A DNA stretch of 64,000 bases from a bacterium (GCA_963674595.2 CAXXFV010000025.1:25159-89158), one strand, 5' to 3'; shown: positions 30,337 to 43,500, numbered from the stretch's first letter. Program-made: numbers and translations. The notes: generated by a model from the letters alone, not told the origin.

Positions 30337-33300
30337 ATGTGTAATGTTAAAAAGTGTAAACAAAAATTAGTTTTTCAGGTTATTGTGGGAATATTTTGTT
30401 TTGTAATTTTAGCTGATGCTCAAGAGGTCAACTCTGAGTCATCGGTTTCAGAAACAAAAAAAATTCTTATTGGACAGAATACAATAAAGCCAAATAAACC
30501 AGTCGGGACATCAGATCCTGAAGAGAATAAAATCTATAAAGACAAGGTTACTCCGGAAAAGGTTGTCCCGGTTTCTGTTAAAGAGGACAAAATTTATGAA
30601 GACAAGGCTACTCCGGAAGAAGTCGTTCCGGTTTCTCTTGAAGAGGACAAAATCTATGAGGACAAGGTTACTCCGGAAGAGGTTGTCCCGGTTTCCGTTA
30701 AAGAGGACAAAATCTATGAGGACAAGGCCACTCCGGAAGAGGTTGTCCCGGTTTCTGTTGAAGAGAATAAAATCTATAAAGACAAGGTTCCTCCGGAAGA
30801 GGTTGTCCCGGTTTCTGTTGAAGAGGACAAAATCTATAAAGATGCGAATAACCCTGACGATATTAGCACAAGTAAAATTGTATCCAGCCCTCAATCTTTA
30901 CCTGATTTAGAACCATATGCCCGCAGTGGCTGGGATAACAAGATTGTATTATCCACCTCAACAGGAACCACCACAACAAGTTCAACGATATATAATGATC
31001 AGACAATATATGTGGACTATTCATGCATAAATACCGGAGATGCCAATGCAGGCGCATTCAAACTCGGATTTTATATTGACGGTACATTAAAACAATATGC
31101 CTCACTAGCCTCACTAGCAGCAGGTTATCACGGTTACATACTGGATTCGAATATTGGTACTTTAAGCGCCGGTACTCATACATTTATGATTAAAGCAGAT
31201 TATGAGAACAGTGTAAGTGAGTCCGATGAAACCAATAATACATACAGCCGTACTTTTACAATTACAGCCCGGACAACGGGCAAACCTGATTTGGAACCAT
31301 ATGCCCGCAGCGGCTGGGATAACAAGATTGTATTATCCACCTCAACAGGAACCACCACAACAAGTTCAACGATATATAATGATCAGACAATATATGTGGA
31401 CTATTCATGTATAAATACCGGAGATGCCGATGCAGGCGCATTCAAACTCGGATTTTATATTGACGGTACATTAAAACAATATGCCTCACTAGCCTCACTA
31501 GCAGCAGGTTATCACGGTTACATACTGGATTCGAATATTGGTACTTTAAGCGCCGGTACTCATACATTTATGATTAAAGCAGATTATGAGAACAGTGTAA
31601 GCGAGTCCGATGAAACCAATAATACATACAGCCGTACTTTTACAATTACAGCCCGGACAACGGGCAAACCTGATTTGGAACCATATGCCCGCAGCGGCTG
31701 GGATAACAAGATTGTATTATCCACCTCAACAGGAACCACCACAACAAGTTCAACGATATATAATGATCAGACAATATATGTGGACTATTCATGTATAAAT
31801 ACCGGAGATGCCGATGCAGGAGCATTCAAACTCGGATTTTATATTGACGGTACATTAAAACAATATGCCTCACTAGCCTCACTAGCAGCAGGCTATCACG
31901 GTTATGTACTGGATTCGAATATTGGTACTTTAAGTGCCGGTACTCACACATTCATGATTAAAGCAGATTATGAGAACAGTGTAAGCGAGTCTGATGAAAA
32001 TAATAATACATACAGCCGAACTTTTACAATTACGGCGCGCACAACAGGCAAACCTGATTTGGAACCATATGCCCGCAGTGGCTGGGATGACAAGATCGTA
32101 TTGTCCACCACAACAGGAACCACCACAACAAGTTCAACGATATATAGTGATCAGACAATATATGTGGACTTTTCATGCATAAATACCGGAGATGCCGATG
32201 CAGGAGCATTCAAACTCGGATTATATATTGACGGTACATTAAAACAATATGCCTCACTAGCCTCACTAGCAGCAGGCTATCACGGTTATGTACTGGATTC
32301 GAATATTGGTACTTTAAGTGCCGGTACTCACACATTCATGATTAAAGCAGATTATGAGAACAGTGTAAGCGAGTCTGATGAAAATAATAATACATACAGC
32401 CGAACTTTTACAATTACGGCGCGCACAACAGGCAAACCTGATTTGGAACCATATGCCCGCAGTGGCTGGGATGACAAGATCGTATTGTCCACCACAACAG
32501 GAACCACCACAACAAGTTCAACGATATATGATGATCAGACAATATATGTGGACTTTTCATGTGTAAATACCGGAGATGCCGATGCAGGAGCATTCAAACT
32601 CGGATTTTATATTGATGGTACATTGAAAAAATATGCCTCACTAGCCTCATTAGCAGCAGGCTATCACGGTTATGTACTGGATTCGAATATTGGTACTTTA
32701 AGCGCCGGTACTCATACATTTATGATTAAAGCCGATTATGAGAACAGCGTAAGTGAGTCTGATGAAAACAATAATACATACAGCCGTACATTTACAATTA
32801 CGGCGCGCACAACGGGACCTGATATAAATGTAAACCCTCTTAGTATTACGATTAGAGAACGCAAAAGTAACAGCTCGAATAATTACCTAACCGACTATCA
32901 TAATCAAATTAATGAATATACCACAGGTCTCATCATCCCAGAGCATATAAAACAATATTGGATTACTCATGAACCAAAAGCCAAAGGTTATAAAACTATT
33001 AATCTTAAAAGTTCTATTGATTGGAGTGTAAATGATAGTCCTGTTAAATCTCAAGGCTCCTGTGGCTCCTGTTGGGCATTTTCGACAATAGGTTTGATTG
33101 AAAATCTTAGTGGATTGTCGGATCTTTCCGAGCAGGTAATCGTATCTTGTGTGCCACCTGAAAGCAATATGAATAATAATTGCAGTGGCGGATGGTATGG
33201 CTATGCTTTAAAATATATTCATTCTGATGGTGTTCCTGAAGAAAATTGCTATACTTATTTGGCTGAAAATGGTGACTGTTCAGATAAATGTGATAATCCC

Positions 33301-35557
33301 GGACTGTTAGTTACCGTAGATGAATATGATGAATTTGGCAACTGGGGTGTTCCTACATCATCTACTGTTAATGACTTAAAATCTTTATTACAAAATGGCC
33401 CGGTACTAGTAAGTATGCGGGGTACCGAATGATGGCACTTTTAATGGATATACGAGTGGTGTATATAATTATGAAGGAGGAACTATACCAGAAGATAGGG
33501 GGCATGCTGTACTTTTAGTTGGATATAATGACAGCCAACAATATTTTAGAGTAAAAAATAGTTGGGGACCAGGATGGGGTGAAAACGGCTATTTTCGTAT
33601 TTCTTACGATGATGTAACTGATGATGTACAATTTGGGGGATATGCTTGTACAGCATCTGGAACAAATGTTGAAGGAGAGGAAGATAATACTTTCACAATT
33701 TTTAATACCGGCAATGAATTATTAAAAGTAGATAATATCAGTACAAATAAAAGCTGGTTAATTTTGAACCCAAATGCACCATTATCAATACAACCATCGA
33801 GCTCTGAGGTTATTTCGTGTAATGTTGATTGGGATAAAGTTTATTCTTCTCAAGATATATGTACTATCACTATTCATTCAAATGATTCTGATGAACCAGT
33901 TGTAAATGTACAAGTAACGGCAATACCTGAAGATTATACGCCTCCACCACCGCCTGATGCTGATATATATTTAACTATCCCTGATACAGAAGCGTCCTCC
34001 GGTAGTACGGTCAACATTCCAATAATCGCAGAATCAGGTTTTAAGGATGTTGCTATAATAGAATTGCACATAGGTTTTGATAATGATTTATTAACTTATT
34101 CTGGAATGAGCAGTGATTACGGTTTGACCAGTAGCGATGTATCTTTATCGGACGATCAGATCACTATCGTTTGGGTTTATTCAGGTAGTATGATGAATGT
34201 TCCGGATGCAGGGAGTTTAATAACATTAGAATTTCAGGTAAATAATAATGCAAGTCAGGGTGAAAGTTGTAATATTGAATTTACAGGATCAAATAATATC
34301 GGTGATGTCAATGAAAATCCGTATGAACTTGATCTGAGTAATGGGATATTTACGGTATCTTCTGGTCATAGTATCTCTGGGAAAATATTATATTGTGCAA
34401 CTGAGTCACCTTTAATAAACAATAAAATAATATTAAGTGGTGACGATAATAAAACAGTATATACGAATTCCACCGGAGAATATCTGTTTGAGACTATTGT
34501 GGGAAATCTATTAGTGACGCCACAAAAACCGGGTGATACAAATGGTGCAATAAATGGATTTGACCTTTTAAGGTTAAAGAATTATCTGTTGGGTACAACC
34601 GAATTATCGGAATATGCACGACTTTCATCGGATTGCAACGGTGACAAGTCCGTAAACGGTTTTGATCTTTTAAGATTAAAGAACTATATACTTGGAACTC
34701 AGGTTGGTGCGCCAATGGGAGAGTGGGTTTTTAGCCCTGCAAAATATAGTTATAGCCCTTTAAATAGTAAAAAAATCAATCAGGATTTTAAAAGCTATAT
34801 AATCGGTGATGTGAATTTAAATTGGCTTAGTAGTAATGCATCTTTAGCAAAATCTGATAATAGCGGCGAAGTTAAATTCAGCGACTGTTATTATGATAAT
34901 GATAAGAATATTCATGTTTCTGTTAAAAGTGATCAGAATTTAGCTCTGGGAATGTTGGATTGGTGTATTGATTATGATACCACACTGTTCGACTTTAAAG
35001 CTCTTGAAAGCCGGTTTTTAAAACTGGGTGATTATCAAGTGAGAGAAGGGCAAATACAGATTGTGTGGATTTACTCCGGCAAGGAAGAGGAATTTGCTTG
35101 TGATCAAACGATCTGCACACTAGTCTTAAAACCGAAAGAAACATTGTATTCTGGAAAGATTTCATTTGTGGGAGATAATCATTTGTCAAAAGGCAACGAA
35201 GCGCCATACAAGTTAGAATATAAAGATATTGAGATTGATCTATCGGTATTATCAAAGTTCGAGGAGAGGCAGGTACCCACTGAAACATGTCTTTATTCAA
35301 ATTATCCAAATCCTTTTAATCCAACAACAACAATAAGTTATTATGTGAAGAAAATATCAGATGTGGAAATAAAAATATATAATATTCGAGGTGAACTGCA
35401 GAAATCATACTCTTATAAGAATCAGGCGCCCGGATTTTACCAGGTAGAATGGAATACTACAGAGGCAAGTGGAATCGCTTTACCCAGTGGTATTTATTTT
35501 TATAGGTTATGTTGTAACGATAAAGTTTTCACAAAAAGAATGTTGCTAATCAAATAG
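30337..35557 (+). CDS. large secreted papain-family (C1A) protease: signal, 20-aa repeats, 5x CARDB-like, C1A, cohesin, dockerin, cohesin-like, T9SS/FlgD tail; one frameshift at ~33420
   Basis: QGSCGSCWAF in 30337..33432; removing one G from GGGG 33419-33422 gives ...GHAVLLVGY...KNSWGPGWGENGYFRI and joins 33764..35557 in frame; twin INGFDLLRLKNY dockerin repeats; NYPNPFNPTT. Confidence 0.88.
30520..30843 (+). repeat. ~5.4 x 60-bp coding tandem repeat (EEDKIYEDKVTPEEVVPVSV)
   Basis: GACAAGG recurs at 30541, 30601, 30661, 30721 and 30781. Confidence 0.95.
30901..32820 (+). repeat. 5 x 384-bp coding repeat (128-aa CARDB-like domains)
   Basis: PDLEPYARSGWD units start at 30901, 31285, 31669, 32053 and 32437; ADYENSVSESDExNN motif. 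Confidence 0.95.
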
Positions 35558-35574
35558 AAAAAGTGATAGGTGAT

Positions 35575-37578
35575 ATGATGAAGAAATGGACATTAATTTT
35601 AGGTATCGTTTTTGTAACAAGTATTTTTGGATTTATTCAGAGTTATGGTGCAACAATCGAACTTTCCTTACCAGATACGTACGCTGAATCCGGCGCTTCA
35701 ATAACTCTTCCTATAACTGTTAAAGGATTTTCAAATGTTGCAATCATTGAATTGCATATAAGTTATGATACAGAGGTGTTATCCTATCAATCAACCAGCA
35801 GTAATTATTTGAATGAGGGAGATGTGAATGATATTGGTGGACAGTTAAATATCGTATGGATCTATGGCGGTACTCCTTTATCAATTTCGGACGGGAATAG
35901 TTTATTGGTGTTTAACTTCGCTGTGGTTGGCAATTCCGGTGATGTCAGTAATTTGGCTTTTGTTGGAAATAACAATATCGGTGATCCCAATGAAAATCCA
36001 TTTACTCTTGATTTAAATAATGGAAAATTAACTGTCTCCTCCTCCTTAACCTTGTCGCTCAATGTGAGTCCACCGGGATCAGGAACTGTTAGCAAAAATC
36101 CGGATAAGACGAATTTTTCTCTTAATGAATCTGTAGAGTTGCAGGCGAATGCCAAAACCGGCTATCAATTTGATCATTGGGAAGGTGATTTGAGTGGAAC
36201 TGCAAATCCTAAAATTATTACAATGCAAAAAAGCAAGACAATAACAGCCTGTTTTACACCAAGCGAAACTCCGGAAAGCGTATCCCCCCCCAATCAGCCG
36301 AGCGGTCCTTCTGATGGCAAAGTCGGGCAAAGTTTATCATTCACCAGTGAAGGCTCAAACAGCAGTCTTGGACACGATGTGGAATATCAGTTTGATTGGG
36401 GTGACGGATCACAATCAAGCTGGGGCGCTTCAACAAAAAGCCACACTTTTAGCAGCACAGGTACTAAATATGTTAAAGCGCGTGCCCGTTGTCAAACGCA
36501 TACGGATATTGTTTCAGACTGGTCTGCTGTTAAAACTGTTACAATATCCTACTGTGTTTTAACGGTCAATATAAACCCTACCGGTAAAGGAAGTGTTACT
36601 AAAAACCCAAACAAGACCAATTTTACTTATAATGAAACAGTTCAGTTGACTGCTAACCCAATTTCAGGTTATTACCTTAATAGTTGGGATGGTGCGTTAA
36701 GTGGTAGTTCCAATCCACAAACATTGACAATGAGCAGCGATAAAAGCGTTACGGCCAATTTCACTCAAAACCAAAGTCAGGAGACCGTCTCCACACCAAA
36801 TAAACCAAGCGGTCCTTCTAGCGGCAAGGTTGGGCAAAGTTTAGCTTTCAGTACTGGTGGTTCGAGCAGCAATTTGGGACATACGGTTGAATATCAGTTT
36901 GACTGGGGAGATGGCACACAATCGAGCTGGGGGTCGGAAACGCAGAGCCATGCTTTTAGCAGCTCCGGTAACAAATATGTAAAAGCACGCGCCCGATGTC
37001 AAACACACACAAGTATTGTTTCCGGCTGGTCAGGCACAAAATCTGTTGCTCTTTCTTACTGTAATCTTGTAATTTCTTCAAGTCCATCAGGTTCTGGTAG
37101 CGTGAATATAATTCCAAACAAGACTAACTTTAGTTATAACGAATCTGTACAATTAGAAGCAGTAGCAAATTCAGGCTTTACATTTGATTATTGGGGTGGA
37201 ATAAGCGGAAGCGTAAATCCTAAAAATATAACGATGACGCAGGATAAGGATGTTACGGCTTATTTTACACCCAGTTCGGACGTAACATGTGAATCTAATG
37301 ATATTGAAAACATAAAATCTTATCGATTGAATCAGAATTACCCTAATCCCTTTAATCCTGAAACAACGATTAGTTTCCAGTTACCAAAATTATCTTATAT
37401 CAAGCTTGCTATTTATAACCTTTCCGGTCAACTCGTAGAGACATTACTTGATGGTTTCCATACTGCAGGAGAATACAATGTAAAATGGAGACCTGAAGGC
37501 CTTGCAAACGGAATTTATTTATACAGGTTAAAAGCTGATAATTATATTGAGACCAGGAAATTAATTTTACAAAAATAG
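35575..37578 (+). CDS. secreted cohesin + InlB-B-repeat/PKD-like repeats + T9SS/FlgD tail
   Basis: Signal peptide; cohesin paralogous to the upstream one (VAIIELHI); GYQFDHWEG repeats; YQFDWGDG PKD-like x2; NYPNPFNPET. Confidence 0.85.
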   Translation: MMKKWTLILGIVFVTSIFGFIQSYGATIELSLPDTYAESGASITLPITVKGFSNVAIIELHISYDTEVLSYQSTSSNYLNEGDVNDIGGQLNIVWIYGGTPLSISDGNSLLVFNFAVVGNSGDVSNLAFVGNNNIGDPNENPFTLDLNNGKLTVSSSLTLSLNVSPPGSGTVSKNPDKTNFSLNESVELQANAKTGYQFDHWEGDLSGTANPKIITMQKSKTITACFTPSETPESVSPPNQPSGPSDGKVGQSLSFTSEGSNSSLGHDVEYQFDWGDGSQSSWGASTKSHTFSSTGTKYVKARARCQTHTDIVSDWSAVKTVTISYCVLTVNINPTGKGSVTKNPNKTNFTYNETVQLTANPISGYYLNSWDGALSGSSNPQTLTMSSDKSVTANFTQNQSQETVSTPNKPSGPSSGKVGQSLAFSTGGSSSNLGHTVEYQFDWGDGTQSSWGSETQSHAFSSSGNKYVKARARCQTHTSIVSGWSGTKSVALSYCNLVISSSPSGSGSVNIIPNKTNFSYNESVQLEAVANSGFTFDYWGGISGSVNPKNITMTQDKDVTAYFTPSSDVTCESNDIENIKSYRLNQNYPNPFNPETTISFQLPKLSYIKLAIYNLSGQLVETLLDGFHTAGEYNVKWRPEGLANGIYLYRLKADNYIETRKLILQK

Positions 37579-37633
37579 TTTATTAGGCTGGGCGTGTGTT
37601 AAGAAGCATCCCACAGTTTGGTACGTTTAATAA

Positions 37634-37775
37634 ACTAGATAAATTATCTAAAAACAAAAGCCCGTTAATTTGACGGGCTTTTTTTGTTTATTGGGCACAT
37701 TATTTAGCGAAAATTGGGGAAAATGACAATAAAATGTAATACAAATTGTAATGATTCGAGGTAAACTTTTGAGAA
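37634..37775 (+). repeat. post-tRNA segment, direct repeat copy 2 (includes the terminator; lacks ~100 bp of copy 1)
   Basis: ACTAGATAAATTATCTAAAAACAAAAGCCCGTTAATTTGACGGGC... matches 26662 onward. Confidence 0.85.
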
Positions 37776-38062
37776 GGTATATTTTCCCCAAGATAGATTA
37801 ACCCTCAAAGGTTTCAGCCTCTGAGTCGATCCAGGCTGTTATGCTATTTTCTACATTAATTAAAAATCCCTTGATCCGGTATTATTTAATTTGTATCATT
37901 TATTTATTCAAAAGCATATCAAAATATAATCAGGATGGCTGGACACTTTTTAAAGCTGTAGGATTTATTCCTTCCGCACATTTTAATACCGGCAAATCAA
38001 AGCAAGTAAACGGAACAGTAAAATTGCACCCTGCAAAATAGCCTTGAATTATTAAAATTTTT

Positions 38063-38611
38063 TTGTCCAAGAGGGAATATTCAAACAAATCAAGGCGGCA
38101 TTTTATGGAAAAGGCCATCATGAATGTAAAATTTATAATATACACCATTCTATTAATCAGTATTTTATTTTCTATACCCTTTGTTATGCACGTTGTGGGG
38201 GATGCCCAAGTACATTTGGCCGCAGCAGAAGGATTTGCTATCGGACAGCCCTTTCAATATAATAAAGGTGACGAGTTGGTAAGCGCATCAACCAGTCCGT
38301 TATGGACGATATTTTTAACACTGTTTTTTATCATTTCAAAACACTATGCTCCGCTTTTACTAAAAATCATTGTTATTATCATTTGGGGTGTTGCAAGTTT
38401 TTTGGGCTATAAAATTTCCTCCGAGGATTGGAAATTTCCAAAACTCATTCTTTATTGTTTGTTTGGGATTTGGATGACAAACATAGCGATTGTTGCCAAC
38501 TCATTAAGCGGAATGGAGAATATCCTGTCATGTATGCAATTACTTTTGTTGTATATATTATCATATAGAAACCTGAAAGTTTTAACATGGCCGCAGGCAA
38601 TGGGCTTATGA
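38063..38611 (+). pseudogene. truncated membrane protein (GT-C/glycosyltransferase-like N-terminal part)
   Basis: DAQVHL..A, YNKGDELVSASTSPLW, SGME motifs and TM helices; ends at a junction with the next gene. Confidence 0.6.
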
Positions 38612-40082
38612 TTATATTGACGCCTTACAAGTGCGGGGTAAACTTGTTGGACTTTATCAGAATAATAAACCTTATACAAAGGGTGAGGTTGCTAAAGCAT
38701 TAATAGAGTTGACAAAATCTGAGCAAAAAATTTTAACCACAGAACAAAGATTGTTGAAAAAATTATTACTTGAATTCGAGGAAGAAATAGATTTTCTGAA
38801 TAATCATCAAAAATCCAATTATGAAATACAGATTGGCACAAGACTACAGGGAAATATAGACAAGGTCCAAACAATAAAAACATCGTATAAAGGAATTTAC
38901 CGTACTAAAGCGCTTGTACAAATCAATAACAATATAACTATATATAACGGAATTAATGTTGATCAATACCTGGTAGATGATCCATTATACAGGGGAAAAG
39001 AATGGCGTGGTGCGGTTGGCTATAATGAGCAAGCTTATATCACCGGTAAATTTATAAGATTTCAAATAAAATTTGGCCGTGATTTTTTAAAATGGGGGGC
39101 TGGTCGAACAGGTACATTAATGTTCTCTGATGTTGCTCAACCTATGGACCAGTTTAACCTTAAAATTCAATTAGGGTCTTTGCAATATAATTATTTTCAT
39201 GCACAATTGGACCCTATGGACGGATTATTTTATTCAAACGATTCTTTGGCTCTGGTTAAAGGTAAAGCTAATCGTTACATTTCAGCACATCGGGTGGATA
39301 TGCACTTTTTGAATCATCGATTGGAATGTTCCATTACAGAAGGTTTGCTCTACTCCGGTTTATACGAGTCTGTTGATTTCTCCTATATAAATCCATTTAT
39401 AGTCTATTATGGAGCCCAAATTAATAAATCGGATGAAGCAAATATGTTCACTTGCGCTGATATTCGATTCTATTTAAAAAACAACCTTTCTTTTTACTCT
39501 TCACTATTAATTGACGATTTTCAGGTTGAGAAAACCGGTCCGGTTGATCTGGAGCCAAATGAAATTGGTTACATTTTGGGACTTGATTGGGCCGATCCTT
39601 TCAATTTATCAGGTTTTTTATTATCAGGTGAATATACAAGAGTGACGAACAGAACATATAAAACGCCCAATCCATGGGAAAGTTTTCTTTATCGTAATCG
39701 AACTCTGGGTCATCCTCTCGGTAATGATTTTGATCTATGGCTTATTGAACTTTGCAAATGGTGGACAGGTAATTTAATTGTCAAACTTGACTATCAATTC
39801 ATTCGAAAAGGCGAGGGCAGTATCTACACACCCTGGGATGAACCCTGGATGGATTATACGGTAAATGAAGGCTATTCTGAGCCTTTTCCGACAGGAATTG
39901 TTGAAAAAAGAAATCGGGTTGGAATTGATGTGAAATTTTATCCTTCCATTCATTGGGGAATACAGGGCATTGTAAATTATTTAAATCGCAAAAATGCAGA
40001 CTGTTTTCAAGACAATAATAAAGATGAAACCCAATGGCGGATCGGCATATGGTGGCAGGGAGATATTAATCTTGATTTATAG
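38601..40082 (+). pseudogene. capsule assembly Wzi-family outer-membrane protein missing its N-terminus
   Basis: In-frame WAYDYIDALQVRG precedes the called GTG; GRDFLKWG, RYISAHR, LLIDDF, LGHPLGND; no signal peptide. Confidence 0.7.
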
Positions 40083-40149
40083 TTCTGACTTTGGTAGTTT
40101 TATTGGATTTTTTTAAAATATTAAATTTCTATACTTTTTTTAACAAATC

Positions 40150-40325
40150 TATTTGTCAATGGGTATACATCTGTCTTTACGTATAGTGATTTCATCATCA
40201 ACAAGAGTTTTTTGAAAGTCTGGATAGGATAATTAGTGAGACGCTGTTTCCTGTAACTGTATATAGAGTTGTCTGGTAATACCTGATAACCGGATTGATT
40301 TGAGTTTATAGATCAACTCGTCCAT
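40150..40325 (-). pseudogene. IstB-like N-terminal remnant
   Basis: AGGAGGT RBS, then MDELIYKLKSIRLSGI...QETASH*LSYPDF with stop and frameshift. Confidence 0.55.
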
Positions 40326-40520
40326 GATTTACCTCCTGTTAAGATAATTTGATAGTCGAGTGGAATTCGAATTGGCCTAATTAATATTGATATTTTATAA
40401 AATAATTCTATCTTAAAATTACTAGATATTTTTAATAAAATTCGAAATTTAGAATTTTTTATACTTTCCTCCAATTTAATTGATAAATTGTTATTTCTTT
40501 TTCTCTGGTGCTGTTAAAAA

Positions 40521-43500
40521 TTGCTAATGACTGCTAAAATGAAAATATTTTCACAATCCTTTTTTTTATTTATTTTTATCTTTGTTCAAACTTTAATCGC
40601 AAATCAATTATTTATAAGTGGTTATCAAGATATGTTCTCGGAGTCCTGGCGTTGGCAGGCTTTCCCGGAACTAAATGGAAGAGGATGTCGATGTATAGCT
40701 GAAGATGTTGATGGCAACCTATGGTTTGGAATCAATGGAGGAGTGTTAAAATATGATGGTTTAAAATGGGATTTCTATTTTACAAATGGTGACTCGACAA
40801 ATGATCCTGTTATTGCATTATGTGCTTCAAGCGACAATACGCTTTATGTAGGAACAAACAGCGGCATTAGCAGCCTTAAAAATGGGGAATGGAGGTTTTT
40901 GGATATTGACCTGGGGTATGGAGACCAAACTGATTTTCCAAATAATAGGTTATCAATTATTGAAGGTGTTGATAAAAGCATTTGGATTGGTACACATCAG
41001 GGTCTTTTACGAATAAAAAACAATATATTAAACCTCTATCGTCCGGACGCTGTTATTCCCAATCTTCAAAATAGAAACATTGACTTTCAGGAAATACGCG
41101 ATTTACCGCCAATTAATGTGTTTTCTATATATGAAGATGAGCAAGGAGTTTTATGGATTGGCCTAAGTGATGGAAAAATATTTAGATGTCGATATGATCC
41201 GAATGATATTTCCGCAAGGCCCAAATGGACAAGAGTCGATTTGGAAGAGGGCTATGTGCCGGCGAGGTATCCTTTAATTACAATTGCCAACAATGGAAAT
41301 GTTTTGGTATGTAGTGGGGAGATTCGCAGGGGTATCAATATATATAATGGTAAAAAGTGGGAGCAATTTAATTTTTATCAAGAATTTAATATAAATGATG
41401 TTCATACAGATGTTTTAAAGATGAATAATGGCACAATCCTGGTCGGAGTTAGTAGCGGTGTTTTTGCTTATAATGAAAAAAAATGGTTAAAATATATTAA
41501 TCCCGATTTACTACTTCCTCAGAATCGATGGAACTTTTTTGAAACAAGCAGAGAAGGACTTTGGATATTCGGTCTGGGAGGTGAGGTTTGGCGTGTTGAT
41601 TTATCTACAAAAAAATGGAGTTCTTTTAAAGGAGTTCATTTTATAGCTCAAGATTTAAAAGGAGATAACTGGTTTTTGTCATATGATGGTGCCGTCATAA
41701 AAACTAATTCTACAATGCAGGCACTAAAAAGATATGATGATAGTGATGGATTAATTGATACGCCAACTTCTCTATACGTTACTAAAAGAGGCCAGATTTG
41801 GGCTGCCGGCAGCCATCGCCAAATCGCAGCAACTGCCTATTTCGAAGATAATAAATGGCATCGTCACCTGCATCCAACTCTTTCCTGGAGTATCGACCAT
41901 CGGGCTGTTATGGAAACTAGAGACGGGAGCCTTTGGTTTGGTTCATGTGCCGATAAGGTGGCATCCAAAGGGCATAGAGGAGGTTTGGTAAGATATTTAA
42001 ATCCATTTGAGAGTAAAGATAAATTTGAATACTATTATTTTAATGAAAAGTTTGAGCTGTTTGCTATTTATGGGATAGGGCAATCGCAAGATGGAAAGCT
42101 ATTTGTGGGAGAAAAATTATTATATCAATTTGATGCTGAAAATGATTCATGGGAACTCATTACCTCTCCTTCAGGAATTGATAAAAGTTTTATTGATTGT
42201 ATTCACACGTCGCAGGATGGTAATGTTTGGGTCGGTACGCGGGCAAATGGTTTATTTATGTATAACCACTTTTCTCAGGATTGGAAAAATTATACCACTC
42301 TTGATGGGCTCTCAAGTAATTCTATTATAGCCGTTCTTGCAAAATCGGATTCTAATGTTTGGGTGGCCACCGAACGAAATATTTGTCACTTTGACGGTGA
42401 ATCCTGGATGAAAGAAGTTTTTCCCAATTTTGTGGGTTTGCACAGGCCAAGGTTTAAAATGCTGACTGCAAAAGACGGATCTATTTGGTTTAATTTAATA
42501 CCGAGTCGGTGGTTATCCCGGGCGCTTTATCCTGAGAATTCTTTGGAAAGATTCCGGAATGATTTTATTTCATATCACTATATTCCTGATAAAATACCCC
42601 CGGAAACAGTTATTACTTTTTCACAGAATCAAGTTAGTCAGCCTGGTAATGTTTATATTTCATGGTTTGCACATGATCCATGGCGATCTACACCTGATGA
42701 ATTATTGTTATATTCTTATCGAATAGATGATGAAACCTGGAGTCCGTTTTCTTTTAAGACCGGTAACATTTTTTTGAATCTACCTGATGGTGATCATACA
42801 TTTGAAGTAAGATCACGAGATCAGGATATGAACCTTGATCCTGTCCCAGCTCATGTCTCCTTTTCTGTTATACCCCCCATTTGGAAAAAAGTGTGGTTTA
42901 TAAGTCTGATAATATTTTTTTTATTGACAATAACTGTTTTTATATTTTTTCTGCAGCATAGAAACAAGATAATTCGAAATCTTTCCCTGGCAAGGGAGCA
43001 AATGTTTACAAATATTTCGCATGAGCTTCGTACTCCATTAACCTTAATAATTGGAAATGCAAACAAAATCCAGGAATGTGTTGACCCAAATAGTATTATT
43101 TATCTTCCGGTAACGCTATTGTCCCGTAGTTGTGATCGGCTATTTCGTTTGGTCAATCAGATTTTAGATTTTGAAAAATTGGAATCCGGTGTTGCGGATA
43201 TTTGTCTGAAAAAAGGTGATATTATTGCATATATTCGTCAAGTAGTAGAAGCTTTTCAGGTTATGGCAAATGAAAATCACAAAGTATTAAAGATTAACAC
43301 TACTATTAACGAACTTGATATTTGGTTTGATCCTGACAAAATTGAGAAAATTTTGTTCAATCTTTTGTCAAATGCTTTCAAATTTACAGAGAAAGATGGA
43401 TTAATTCAACTGTCTCTGTCTATTGAATCCGGTTCCACCTCTCAAAAAACCAATCTTCAAAATGATATTGCCATATCCTACAAAGATTACCTGATTATTA

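Noticed and set aside
30520-32820. 60-bp and 384-bp repeats as CRISPR or non-coding arrays
   Set aside because: In-frame coding repeats without unique spacers
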